Assembly: GCA_965219415.1 (NCBI GenBank)
Contig: CBDCNP010000002.1
Coordinates: 800,001-864,000, forward strand
Direction of reading: 5' to 3'
Source: Candidatus Marinacidobacterales bacterium
GTDB taxonomy: Bacteria > Acidobacteriota > Vicinamibacteria > Marinacidobacterales > DATDRI01
Length of the DNA stretch: 64,000 nucleotides
Under the pieces are notes generated by a model. That model saw only the letters and a program-made list of their open reading frames with translations. It was not told the origin of the DNA and did no database searches. Shown one piece after another: positions 51,761 through 63,307 of this stretch. A program made the translations under genes and the position numbers. Position 1 is the first letter of the stretch, and each line of letters starts with the position of its first letter.

Positions 51761-52657
51761 CTAGCTCGCTAGCGCGCGCAGATCGAGCTTTCCATCCTGC
51801 ACCGGAGGACACCAGTAGTATCCCCCTGATACCGGACGTGAGAAACGGAAGAGACCATCGACGATGCCGTCTTCGAGCCCGACCTTTCGCGTGAGTTGCG
51901 CTTCGAAAGCATCCAGCGTCTGCCCGAAGGAAACGAAGACCAGGCCTTCCCCGTCGGCATCGGCCCATGGCATCGACTGCCGGACCACGAACGCCTCCGG
52001 GTCAAAACTCTCTTGAGCGGTTCTCTTGACGTCCGCGGATTCCGGCGCGTCCTCGATCTCCTCGTTGTCACGTAGGCGTCGCCCGATGATGTTGTCCCGC
52101 TCGTCCTGAGTCATCGCCTGGAACCCGACCAGATCGTGCTGCCAGGTTTGCACCGCGACGAAGCTCGAGCCGTCGAGCCCCGCGCCACGCCCCGACACGA
52201 TCGCGGCCGCGACTGCCTTGTCGCCGGTCGGATTCTCGGTGCCGTCTTCGTACCCGGATAGGTCTCTTCCCCGTCCGGACGGCGTCGGGTCGTGCTTGAA
52301 ACTGTCGACCACGCCGGACAATGCGAGAGGCTCTAGCCGTTGTTCGAGATCGAGCGACCGAAGGACCAATTGACCGCGGTCGCCTTCGCCCCGTAGCCAG
52401 CACCAAACGGCAGCCTGCGTAGAAGGGATCTCTATACCCGAACCGGTGAGGCTCGGGAAGGCTCGAAGACCTTCGATACTGCCACCGGTCGTAAGCACGA
52501 GTGAGCTCCCGAGCCCAACTACGATGCCCGCGTCGGTGCCTAGTTCTTGAACTGATTTCACTGCAGCACGCGGGTCATCGCCAGGCGCGAGCTGGAAGAA
52601 AAGAAACCTGCCAAGGCTTGGACCGGGCGCGAGTATTCCAACTTGATGTCGGCTCAC
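51761..52657 (-). CDS. Dyp-type peroxidase (proximal His apparently replaced by Asp)
   Basis: 'GYEDGTENP', 'GSSFVAVQ.W.HDL', 'IIGRR', 'ESADVKR', 'VRQSMPW'; start approximate. Confidence 0.85.
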   Translation of the reverse strand: MSRHQVGILAPGPSLGRFLFFQLAPGDDPRAAVKSVQELGTDAGIVVGLGSSLVLTTGGSIEGLRAFPSLTGSGIEIPSTQAAVWCWLRGEGDRGQLVLRSLDLEQRLEPLALSGVVDSFKHDPTPSGRGRDLSGYEDGTENPTGDKAVAAAIVSGRGAGLDGSSFVAVQTWQHDLVGFQAMTQDERDNIIGRRLRDNEEIEDAPESADVKRTAQESFDPEAFVVRQSMPWADADGEGLVFVSFGQTLDAFEAQLTRKVGLEDGIVDGLFRFSRPVSGGYYWCPPVQDGKLDLRALAS

Positions 52658-52721
52658 CGTCACACTCCAGAAGATTCTCGATAAGAACCTATCACGACTA
52701 TACTGACCAAGGGAGAAAACC

Positions 52722-53015
52722 ATGAGCGTTAAACCAGCATTAGCAGATCTCGAGAGCGCCCTGCGGGCCGCCGGGCAAGCCCATCACGACTATGAGGGCA
52801 ACTTCCTGAACGGAGAAGCCGACAAGCAGTGGGCCGGTTGGTACGCCGGGTATGTGCTTGGAAGGCTCGGCGATTTCACCTCGCCGACTTCACTCGCCCG
52901 CATGGTGGCCGAGGCCCCATCCGCGGACTATTGGGCTTCCGCGGCTGCGAGCCACATTTTTGCAGCAGCTTTAGCCTCTCGTGGCGGCATTAACCTGACT
53001 CCCACAAGCCCCTAA
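52722..53015 (+). CDS. Small hypothetical protein
   Basis: GGGAGA RBS; 97 aa with 'AHHDYE', 'D.QWAGWYA.Y'. Confidence 0.55.
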   Translation: MSVKPALADLESALRAAGQAHHDYEGNFLNGEADKQWAGWYAGYVLGRLGDFTSPTSLARMVAEAPSADYWASAAASHIFAAALASRGGINLTPTSP

Positions 53016-53060
53016 GTTAGAGGGGCATACAGCCGATCCCATTGTAGCGGCGGAAAGCGC

Positions 53061-53109
53061 TTGACAATCCGCCCCTCCGAATGTAACACTCCATCCGGAT
53101 ATACGGATG
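53061..53109 (+). promoter_or_regulatory. Promoter (-35 TTGACA) and palindromic operator overlapping the regulator start codon
   Basis: TTGACA at 53061-53066; CATCCG-GATATA-CGGATG at 53092-53109. Confidence 0.6.
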
Positions 53110-54156
53110 AAAGCCACCCAGGCCATTCTCGACCACTTGTCGGCGCTGACCGATCCCGTCCGCTGCCGCATCCTGCTCCTGCTCGAACAACATGAGCTCA
53201 CGGTCGGCGAGCTCTGCTCGGTAGTTCAACTTCCCCAGTCCACGGTCAGCCGCCACCTGAAGACACTCGGCGAGTCCGGTTGGGTTGTGTCCCGACGAGA
53301 CGGGACGAGTCATTTTTACTATCTTCCGGACGGTGTCGAGGGATCCGCTCTGCCCCAATTGTGGAATATCGTCCGAGGAGAGATCGCGGAAACCCCCGCC
53401 GCAATACAAGACTTCAAGCGACTCGAGAGCGCGTGGGCCGCGCGGCGGACCAAATCACAGGAGTTCTTCGCTTCTGCGGCCGGGGAATGGGACCGACTCC
53501 GTACCGAGCTTTTCGGAGAACACTTTTACTCTCACTCGCTCTTGGCGCTCCTCGATCGCAGTTGGGTAGTGGGAGACTTGGGCTGTGGCACAGGGCAAGT
53601 GACGGAACTCTTAGCCCCATTCGTCGAACGCGTAGTGGCCATCGATGGTTCCGCCGAGATGCTGAGCGCGGCGCGGGCACGCTTGCGAAAACACAAGAAC
53701 GTGATCCTTCGCAAAGGCGTTTTGGAGAAGGTCCCAATTCAGGACGCTTCGCTCGATGCTGCCGTGCTCATGTTGGTATTGCATCATCTGCCGGATCCAA
53801 TTGCCGTTCTCAGCGAGGCTCGGCGCGTGTTGCGCCCGGGAGGCAAGTTGCTGATCGTCGACATGTACCCCCACCAGCGGGAGGAGTATAGACACCAAAT
53901 GGGACATGTCTGGCTCGGGTTTTCGGAACAGACGATGAAGAAACATCTTGCCGCGGCCGGTTTCGACGTCGGCGCCATCCATTCGCTTTCGCCCGAGGTG
54001 GACGCGATGGGTCCGACCCTCTTCGCTACCGTCGCATACAGAAGGTGTGCGCGGCCTCAAAGGGCGGACTCGCTTTCGAAAGACGGAAGAACTCGCCAAG
54101 GAAACGGCGTGATGATAGACACGTACCACTTGAACCCTTTAGTCTGGAGGAACTAG
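53107..54156 (+). CDS. ArsR-HTH plus SAM-methyltransferase-domain regulator (SahR-type)
   Basis: 'QSTVSRHLKTL' HTH, 'DLGCGTG' SAM motif; directly upstream of ahcY. Confidence 0.88.
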   Translation: MKATQAILDHLSALTDPVRCRILLLLEQHELTVGELCSVVQLPQSTVSRHLKTLGESGWVVSRRDGTSHFYYLPDGVEGSALPQLWNIVRGEIAETPAAIQDFKRLESAWAARRTKSQEFFASAAGEWDRLRTELFGEHFYSHSLLALLDRSWVVGDLGCGTGQVTELLAPFVERVVAIDGSAEMLSAARARLRKHKNVILRKGVLEKVPIQDASLDAAVLMLVLHHLPDPIAVLSEARRVLRPGGKLLIVDMYPHQREEYRHQMGHVWLGFSEQTMKKHLAAAGFDVGAIHSLSPEVDAMGPTLFATVAYRRCARPQRADSLSKDGRTRQGNGVMIDTYHLNPLVWRN

Positions 54157-54159
54157 CTC

Positions 54160-55662
<1,503 letters not shown>

Positions 55663-55669
55663 AGTTAGT

Positions 55670-55706
55670 CCCGTTCCCAGCGCGCAAACGTGCTGGGAAC
55701 GGGTTT
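55670..55706 (+). terminator. Terminator hairpin after ahcY
   Basis: CCCGTTCCCAGC...GCTGGGAACGGG followed by TTT. Confidence 0.7.
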
Positions 55707-55746
55707 CCTTCCATCGACCAACGCGCTGCCACGCCACAAGAGCGCT

Positions 55747-56241
55747 CTACAGACCCATGACCGCTATGTGCAGCTTTCGCAGCAGCCGAGTCAGCATAGC
55801 CCTCTCCCTGCGCGGCAGCCCGGCGATGATTCTGGCTTCGTTGGAGGCGTGATCGGGGAGGGCCGCGTCGATCTTCCTGCGTCCCGCTCCGGTGAGCTCG
55901 ATCAGCACGACTCGCCCGTCGTTCGAATCGGGGGCTCTCCGAATCAGGCCTTTGGCTTCTAGGCGGTCAATCCTGTTCGTGACGGCGCCGGAAGTGATCA
56001 TCATCGCAGAGAGCAACTGTCCTGCCGTCAGCTGGTGTGGATGCCCGGATCGACGCAGTGTCGCCAGCACGTCAAACTCCCAGGGCACCAGGTTGTGCTT
56101 GGCGAAAACCCGCTTCAACTGTGGCGCGATCATCCTCTCCAATCGGCTTACCCGACCGATGATTCCGATCGCAGAGGTGTCTACGTCGGGTCGCTCACGC
56201 CTCCATTGCTCGAGGATGGTGTCGACGGCATCCCGCTCCAT
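55747..56241 (-). CDS. MarR family regulator (UrtR/TamR/PecS-like)
   Basis: 'DAVDTILEQW', 'EFDVLATLRRSG', 'SGAVTNRIDRLE..GLI.R', 'DGR'. Confidence 0.88.
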   Translation of the reverse strand: MERDAVDTILEQWRRERPDVDTSAIGIIGRVSRLERMIAPQLKRVFAKHNLVPWEFDVLATLRRSGHPHQLTAGQLLSAMMITSGAVTNRIDRLEAKGLIRRAPDSNDGRVVLIELTGAGRRKIDAALPDHASNEARIIAGLPRRERAMLTRLLRKLHIAVMGL

Positions 56242-56261
56242 TGCGCCGACAGGGTATCACG

Positions 56262-56318
56262 ATTTCTCTTGACATTGAGATATTCGTCGCCTATGATTAT
56301 CTTTATGTTAAGAGAAAT
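56262..56318. promoter_or_regulatory. Pair of inverted operator-like sites in a divergent promoter
   Basis: ATTTCTCTTGACATTGAGATA (56262-56282) versus the reverse complement of 56298-56318 (ATTTCTCTTAACATAAAGATA). Confidence 0.65.
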
Positions 56319-56859
56319 GTCAAGAGCGATTCTAGATCAATCGTTAGGGCGGCGGCAGGTCTTCGGCAAGATCGCCGGCTTTTTTGCGGCGTTTTGGGCC
56401 GGAGGGGCGTCCGGCGAAACCTCACCCCCCGGTCGAATCTCAATGAGGGAGCGCAGGGTTGTGGTCAACGAGCTCAGGTTCGCGATCACGTCGGAGGACT
56501 TCGACACGACCGTTCGCCTATATCGGGACATCCTCGGACTAAAACAGATAGCGGACTGGGGAGGTGAACACGGCGAGGGTATTCTTCTCGAGGTGCCGTC
56601 GGCGACGCTCGAGATCCTCTCCAAAAAGCGTGCCGCCTACGTCGACCGCATCGAAGTAGGACGTGCGACCGGCGCCAGGGTTCGCCTCGCAGCGTCCGTG
56701 CAGGAGGTCGACAGCCTGGCCGCGGAGATCGAAGCGACAGGAGTTGGAAAGCCCCTCTCATCGCCCAGGATCACGCCATGGGGAGACCGGAACCTCCGTA
56801 TCAACACGGGGGATGACATTCAGCTGACGCTCTTCGCCCCCTCGCCCCCAAACGAGTAG
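56317..56859 (+). CDS. VOC/glyoxalase family protein, possibly with Tat leader (alternative start 56443)
   Basis: 'GRRQVFG' leader; 'VRLYRDILGL', 'TPWGDRNLR'. Confidence 0.7.
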   Translation: MSRAILDQSLGRRQVFGKIAGFFAAFWAGGASGETSPPGRISMRERRVVVNELRFAITSEDFDTTVRLYRDILGLKQIADWGGEHGEGILLEVPSATLEILSKKRAAYVDRIEVGRATGARVRLAASVQEVDSLAAEIEATGVGKPLSSPRITPWGDRNLRINTGDDIQLTLFAPSPPNE

Positions 56860-56916
56860 CGGGCGAATACGAGTCCAATTACAAGGCTCGCCGCCGGTCC
56901 CGTATAATCACCGCCC

Positions 56917-57186
56917 ATGTCCAAGTCCGTGAAACTCACCATCACCGCGGCCTTCCTCGCTCTCATGGCCTACGTGGTGCTCTCCTCGCTCGGTCTCAGT
57001 AAGGCAAGCTGCGAAGTCTGCATGAACTTCAAGGGACGGGAATCCTGCCGCACCGCTCACGCCGCGACCAATGAGGAGGCGATCGTGGCCGCCCGCAACA
57101 ACGCGTGCGCCCGCATCACGAACGGCAGGACGGAGAACATTCTCTGCGGCGGTACCCAGCCAAAGAGCATTCGCTGCTCGGACTAG
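56917..57186 (+). CDS. Small membrane-anchored six-cysteine hypothetical protein
   Basis: TM helix followed by CEVC..F.G...C, NAC and two further Cys; TATAAT 7 nt upstream of the ATG (possibly near-leaderless). Confidence 0.7.
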   Translation: MSKSVKLTITAAFLALMAYVVLSSLGLSKASCEVCMNFKGRESCRTAHAATNEEAIVAARNNACARITNGRTENILCGGTQPKSIRCSD

Positions 57187-57303
57187 TCCCCGTTACTTCG
57201 ATACGTCCCTCACCGTCGATCGCCCCGAGCGCGGGCCTCTTGGGACCCGCGCTCTGATTCAAGGCATGCCTCCCTGCCTCACGCAGATCGACAAACCGGC
57301 GAA

Positions 57304-57960
57304 CTAGGCGGCGGCCCTCAAGGAACGGAGCACCTCGTCCGTGGTGAGGACGGCGCTGGCGAGGAACCCGAAGTTGGTCAGAGCCGACGCGTACCCATCG
57401 CCGAGCTCCGGATGCTTCGCGGCGGCGGTAGCGTCCTTGACCACCGAGACCTCGAAGCCCTGCTCCAAGAGCTCGCGCAGATGGCTCTCCAGGCACAAGT
57501 TGGCCGACATCCCGGCGAGCAACACCTTGGAGATGCCACGTTTGCGAAGCTGCAACGCAAGGTCGTTGCTCTCAGGGCCATACACCTTGTGAGGACTCAC
57601 GACGACGGTGTCGCCGTCTTCCATGTAGGGCTTGTAGACGTCCAGCCAATCGGCGCCCGAGCCGGCGAAACCATCCATCGTAAGGGCTCCGGTGCGATCG
57701 AACATGTTGATCTCGTGCATCATCTTTTCGACGGTCCCACCGAACTGCCAGCTGTGGTCGGTCGGGTAGTAGTAGTGGGGCGATACGAAGACCGGACAGC
57801 CCGCTTGCTTCGCGGCCTTCAGAAGCTCCTCGATGTGCTCGACCGTCCGGTTCTCTTTCACGCTTTCGCCGACGAGGCCCCATGTCACGCCCGAGGGGCT
57901 CAAGAAATCGTTCTGCGGATCCGTGATGACGAGGCCAGTGTCCCGACTTGTAATATCCAT
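57304..57960 (-). CDS. Cysteine hydrolase / isochorismatase family protein
   Basis: 'VITDPQNDF', 'PHKVYGP', 'GMSANLCLESH', 'VKDATA'. Confidence 0.88.
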   Translation of the reverse strand: MDITSRDTGLVITDPQNDFLSPSGVTWGLVGESVKENRTVEHIEELLKAAKQAGCPVFVSPHYYYPTDHSWQFGGTVEKMMHEINMFDRTGALTMDGFAGSGADWLDVYKPYMEDGDTVVVSPHKVYGPESNDLALQLRKRGISKVLLAGMSANLCLESHLRELLEQGFEVSVVKDATAAAKHPELGDGYASALTNFGFLASAVLTTDEVLRSLRAAA

Positions 57961-58156
57961 GACTCTCCTCCTACCTGGTTTAGGGTTGGATTCGTTTTGT
58001 TCCGTCTTCACCATGGTGTAAAGATGCCATCCTGGGTGTGCGATTGGGTCCGGATGAGGTGCTAAATCGTCTCGAAACTACGGGATGGGGCGGCAAGCCG
58101 GAAGTGCCATCCGTTTACGAATTGAAGCACCAAGCCCGCATGAACTAAGATGCCTC

Positions 58157-59059
58157 GTGCTCATCGAGCGACTCTTCCAAAACCTGGCACTCAGTGTCGA
58201 GCCTTTCGCAACTTGCCACGTAGCACCCGGATGGCGGCTCCAGCTCCCCATCCGCGACTGGGTGATCTTTCATTTCATCTTGCAGGGTGAGGGCGGGCTT
58301 CGAGTCGGCTCCGGCGAAGTCCTCCCGCTGCGGCCGGACTGCCTCGGAATCATGCCGCCGCGTCTAACTCATTCCATCGAGAGCGGTTCTGATGTGCAAC
58401 ATGAGAGCTCGGTACGGGGCGACGAGCCCGGTGCTCCGATTTGTCGGCTCGGCGCGGGCCCCTCCGAGGATGTAGGCGTCGTGGTGGCCTGCGGTCGCAT
58501 CCAGGTAACGTACGGCGGTGGCGGACCGGGCTTATTTGACCGCCTTGAGGAGGCGATCGTCCTCGATTTCTCCGACTCGCCACCCATGCGCACCACGTTC
58601 GAGTCCTTGGTCGCGGAGTTCGGAACCGGTGAGCCGGGCAGCAGTGCGATGATGACGGCCCTCATGAACCAGTGCCTCATCTCAGTGTTCCGACGACTAA
58701 GCGATCAGTCAGACCAGCTACCTTGGCTTGATGCACTCGAAGACCCGAACCTCGCACGCGTTCTCGACGCGATCCTGGAGAAGCCCGAGCGTCCCCATTC
58801 CCTGGAATCGCTTGCCGAGCTCGCGAACATGAGCCGCTCGGTCTTCGCGAGGCGGTTCCACGAGTGCTTCGACCGCACCCCCATGGATTACCTGCGCGAC
58901 GTCCGGCTACGACGGGCCGCCCGGCTGTTGCAACGCGCCGATCTCTCAGTGAACGACGTCGCTAGCAAAGTGGGATTTGCCAGCCGCAGCCATTTCTCGC
59001 ATGCGTTCCGCGATCACTTCGGTTGTGCACCGGCGGAGTTTCGCGAAGCGCCGGGATAA
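58157..59059 (+). CDS. AraC family regulator with cupin_6 domain (RclR-like)
   Basis: 'FHFILQG', 'SLESLAELANMSRSVFARRF', 'VGFASRSHFSHAF'. Confidence 0.88.
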   Translation: MLIERLFQNLALSVEPFATCHVAPGWRLQLPIRDWVIFHFILQGEGGLRVGSGEVLPLRPDCLGIMPPRLTHSIESGSDVQHESSVRGDEPGAPICRLGAGPSEDVGVVVACGRIQVTYGGGGPGLFDRLEEAIVLDFSDSPPMRTTFESLVAEFGTGEPGSSAMMTALMNQCLISVFRRLSDQSDQLPWLDALEDPNLARVLDAILEKPERPHSLESLAELANMSRSVFARRFHECFDRTPMDYLRDVRLRRAARLLQRADLSVNDVASKVGFASRSHFSHAFRDHFGCAPAEFREAPG

Positions 59060-59122
59060 TACCGGGCCATCGGCCCGAGCACCGCTCCCTGGTATAAAAC
59101 CTACTTCTTAGGAAGGAAGAGA

Positions 59123-60602
59123 ATGAAAACATTTCGGCAGGTGTTCGCTCTTCTGTTGTCGGCTCTGCTGTGGGGCCCAGTTGTTGCACATGCCCAATCG
59201 ACAGAGTCCCTCGAGCTCGTGATTTCCGGCGGGCGGGTCATGGATCCAGAAACCGGACTCGATGCAATACGGAACGTCGGCATCGCTAACGGCTCGATCG
59301 TTGCGATAACCGAAGAGGCTCTCGACGGACAAGAGAACACTGACGCAACCGGGCTGGTCGTTGCGCCCGGCTTCATCGATCTTCATGCCCACGGCCAGGA
59401 TCCGGTAAGCAATCGTCTTCAAGCCGCGGACGGTGTGACCACGGCCTTGGAAATGGAAGTCGGAGTCTATCCAGTCGGCGCGTGGATTGCCTCACGCGAA
59501 GGCGAGGCGCTCATCAACTATGGGGCGACCGCTGGGCACTGGGCGGCTCGAGCCAAGCTCATGGACGGGATCAACCTCAAACACCTCCCCACCCTCCCCC
59601 CCGAGGAGCAGGCCGAGCTCAATAAGGGCGAGCACGCCTACAAGGAAGCATCCGACGACGAGCTCGACAAGCTCGCTGCAATGCTCGCGAAGGGACTCGA
59701 TGACGGAGGGCTCGGACTAGGCTTCGGCATTACGTATACTCCTGGAGCTTCCCGCTTCGAGATCCTCCGGTTGTGGGAGTTGGCCGCCGATCGAGGTGTC
59801 GCCGTCTATGTCCACCTTCGCGGAGAGAGCTCCGGCGGAACCTTGGGAAAGTTTCAGGAGGCGATCTCCAACGCCGCCTCGACAGGAGTTTCGGTTCACA
59901 TCGTTCATATGAACAGCAGCGCTGGAAAAGATGCGAAAGTTGACTCTCGGAATGATCCGGGGCGCGAGGGAGAGAGGGTTCGACGTGACCACCGAGTCCT
60001 ATCCTTACACCGCGAGCTCGACGTATATCCAGTCGGCCTATTTCGACTCCTGGGAGGGGCTCACCGACGAGGACTACCAGCGGCTTCAGTGGCCCGAAAC
60101 CGGTGAGCGCCTGACGGCCGCAACCTTCAGGGAGTATCGCGACCAGGGAGGTGCGGTCATCATCCACGGACGCTCAGAGAAGACCAATGAGTGGATCGTC
60201 GCCCAGCCAGACGTCATAGTGGCAAGCGACGGTATTCCCTACCTCTACGGGCCGGCGCACCCGCGCGGCGCCGGCACTTTCTCAAGGGTTCTCGGTCACT
60301 ACGTGCGCGAGCGCAGGTCGCTGTCTCTGATGGAAGCTCTCCGGAAGATGACGCTCCTGCCAGCTCAGCGGCTCGAAGGTGTTTCCGCGCAAATGAAAAA
60401 GAAGGGCCGTGTTCAGGTGGGTGCAGACGCCGATCTAACCGTCTTCGATCCCGAAAAGATCATCGACCGGGCCAATTACACGCGCGGAGACGCGCCTTCG
60501 GGTGGAATCATTCACGTTTTGGTCGGTGGAACGTTCGTTGTGCGTGGTTCCCAAATCGTCGATGGAGCCTCGCCGGGCCGGGCTATCCGCGGCTCCAATT
60601 AG
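59123..60602 (+). pseudogene. Secreted amidohydrolase (paralogue of 12251-13675), frameshifted near 59940
   Basis: 'GGRVMDPETGLDAIR', 'APGFIDLHAHGQ', then 'TTESYPYTA' and 'HPRGAGTF' in another frame. Confidence 0.82.
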
Positions 60603-60626
60603 TGGCTTCTTGAAGATCGCGAACGC

Positions 60627-60980
60627 CTAGTAGAACGAATCACTGTGGCCCCAGTGCTCGACGACTTTACCCTCGTCGATGCGGAAAATCGCCGTAGCAC
60701 GCATGGTTTTTTCCCGATGGCGCCGTTTCTTGTTCCCGTTGTAGGTGGCGCGGATTCGGGCCGCCACCCGGTTCCCTTCGGCGACGATATCCTCTACCAC
60801 GAACTCGATATCCGGATAGGCGGTCTTGAACTGCGCGAGCATGCGTCTTAGCCCCTCGCGATCGCCCCAACGACTATGGTCTACATAGGTCTCGGCTACA
60901 AACTCATCCAAACGCGCGAGCTCCCTTCCGTAGACGCTCTCGACCAACTCACGGACCAACTCCTTGTTTTGCTCCGACAT
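60627..60980 (-). CDS. SnoaL-like ester cyclase family protein
   Basis: 'SEQNKELVR', 'AYPD..F.VEDIVAEG.RV', 'IFRI..GKVVEHW'. Confidence 0.82.
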   Translation of the reverse strand: MSEQNKELVRELVESVYGRELARLDEFVAETYVDHSRWGDREGLRRMLAQFKTAYPDIEFVVEDIVAEGNRVAARIRATYNGNKKRRHREKTMRATAIFRIDEGKVVEHWGHSDSFY

Positions 60981-60982
60981 CG

Positions 60983-61849
60983 TCACTGTAGCCTCCTCAG
61001 CGAACCTCCGTTCGAACCGAGCCAGGTAAACTGAACTCCCCCACCACCCGGCGCGAACATCGGACCGATCGCGAAACGATGGTCCGCGATGCCGATGGTC
61101 ACGGTGCGACCCACCATGATCCCAATGGCGGCACCGAAGATGACGTCACTCAAGTAGTGACGAGCCTCATTCACGCGTGAGCCCGCGACGTAACCCGCCA
61201 CCGCGTACGCCGGAACCCCGACTTTCCATCCGTATCGCCGTTGCAGCACGGTGGCCGTCGCGAAGGTGCCGGAAGAGTGGCCCGAAGGAAAAGACGTTTG
61301 GCTCGAGCCATCGGGGCGCTCCCGTCCGACCGCCTTCTTGATCCCGAACGTGATCGTTCCCGTCACAATCTGAGCTCGCACGAGATCCCGCCCCAAAGAC
61401 GCCACCTCGGGCGCCTTAAACAACTTCCCTAGCCCGTAGGTCGCAAAGGCGGCTCCGGCTTGAAACCAACCATCGCCGAGAATTTCGCCGGATTCGAAGA
61501 TGGGATCGAGAGCTCCGCCTGGGCTGAGCTCGGAATTGAAACCGCTCGACGCGACATCTTGGTCGAAATGACTCGCACCCCACGCCGCGCCGATACCCGC
61601 ACCCATGGTCACGAGATTTTCCTTGGTAGTGAAAACGTTTTTGAAATCGACGCCGATCTGAAGAAAAAGGTTTCGTGAATCCCGCTCATGCTCTTCCCGG
61701 CTGGGTTTCGGGGAGATCTTTTCCCCGTGCGACTCGTATCGTGGGACGAAAAACGGGTCGACGTTGTCGTCCCCCATCGCCGGTGAGCTCGCAATACTCA
61801 GTAGGCCCAGCACGACCAAAAACCAACCCCAGTGAGGTGTCCGTTTCAT
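60983..61849 (-). CDS. PAP2 family phosphatase with signal peptide
   Basis: 'KKAVGRERP', 'SFPSGH', 'SRV..ARHYLSDV'; has its own ATG at 61849 with an RBS, but is in frame with the upstream kinase. Confidence 0.82.
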   Translation of the reverse strand: MKRTPHWGWFLVVLGLLSIASSPAMGDDNVDPFFVPRYESHGEKISPKPSREEHERDSRNLFLQIGVDFKNVFTTKENLVTMGAGIGAAWGASHFDQDVASSGFNSELSPGGALDPIFESGEILGDGWFQAGAAFATYGLGKLFKAPEVASLGRDLVRAQIVTGTITFGIKKAVGRERPDGSSQTSFPSGHSSGTFATATVLQRRYGWKVGVPAYAVAGYVAGSRVNEARHYLSDVIFGAAIGIMVGRTVTIGIADHRFAIGPMFAPGGGGVQFTWLGSNGGSLRRLQ

Positions 61850-63307
61850 GATGCCCCCTTTCTCCTTCGTCACGACCTTTGACTCGGCCGAAAAGACCAG
61901 GGTGAACTCCGTCCCTTCACCCCAGGCGACTCCTAGCCGAAAGCTCCGCACCGTGCAGCTCTGCGATACGCTTGGCGATCGAAAGTCCAGTCCGAGGTTC
62001 CCCCCCTCGCGAGTCCTCGACGAATCCGCCCGATAGAGCCGATCGAAGACGAGTCCTATTGCCTCTTCTGGAATTCCTTCTCCTGTATCCCTGACACCCA
62101 ACCGAATGCCGTCTGAATCCCGCTGGAGCGCAACCGTGATGCGCCCTTCGTCGGTGTGGGCCACAGCGTTCTCGAGAAGCGAGGCGAGCATCCGGTGAAG
62201 GGATGGTTCGTTCCCGGTGACCACCGTGACTCCATCGGGTACGGTGACCTCGAGCGTTAGCCCCTTCGACTCGACCTCCCTCTCGAACTGGTGGCAGACT
62301 TGGACCACAAGCCCGGAGAGATCCACGTCGGACATCGAGACCGGGCGCGTTTGTGCCCCTTCGCGCGAAAGGGACAGAAGCACCTCGATGAGCTGGCTGA
62401 GACGGTTCGCCTCGGCTTCGATGTCTTTGAGATCTGAGCGATACTCTTCTTCGGTTCTGCCATGTCTCAGCGCGAGTTCGGCGGTGGTTCGGATCACCGA
62501 GATCGGCGTTCGAAGCTCGTGTGAGGCGTCCGCGCTGAATTGCTCGATCTTTGCGACGGAGCTCTCGAGGCGATCGAGCATCGCGTTGAAGGCTCGCGAA
62601 AGCCGTTCGAGCGCGTCGCCCGTCTCGTGTACGGTAATGCGTTTGTCTAGGTTTCCGACGGAGATGCCGGAGGCGGATTCGCTGATTTCATTTATCGGGT
62701 TCAAAGCCTTGCGAGCGATGTAGAACCCTCCGCCGCAGCTCAGCAGGAGTGCCGTCGGTGCCGCGACGAGAAGCGACATGAGCATCCGGTCGCGAATCGC
62801 GCTCAAGCTCTCCAGGGAGCTGGCCAGAAGAACTGCGTACGACCCGTCCCCCAACACGACTTCTTCGATAAGGACACGATGGGGCACGGACGAGACGTGA
62901 GTCGTATACAAGATCGGCTCGGGTCCCCCACGCCGCCATGGAATCGGTGGAGGATCGGCTCCGTCAGGCGGGAAGATCTGCTCTTCACCTTCGTCTCGAA
63001 TCTGAGTCATGCGACCCTCGGGAAATGCCAGAACGTATTCGACCAGGTCTTCTTCAATCTCCCGACGGGGCTCTTCGAGCTCGTCGCGGTCGTCATCAGT
63101 CTCGTCGTCGTCGTCCTCCTCCTCGATCTCCGTAGACACGACGGCGACCAGCCTCTCGACTCGTTGATGGAGTCGATCGTCGATCGCCGCTCGAACGGCA
63201 TACCGCACCGCCATCCACAGAACGAGAGACAGAGCCAAGAAACCGACGAAGAGCATCGTCGCGTACCAGGCGGTGAGTCGAAACTCGAGCGAACGCCGGG
63301 GCTTCAC
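61850..63307 (-). CDS. HAMP-domain sensor histidine kinase; compensating frameshifts in the G2 box and no stop before the PAP2 gene
   Basis: 'FSADASHELRTP', 'LLENAV', 'VRDTGEGI', 'FDRLYR'; 'GLSIAKRIAELHG' lies in a shifted frame at about 61925-61988. Confidence 0.78.
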
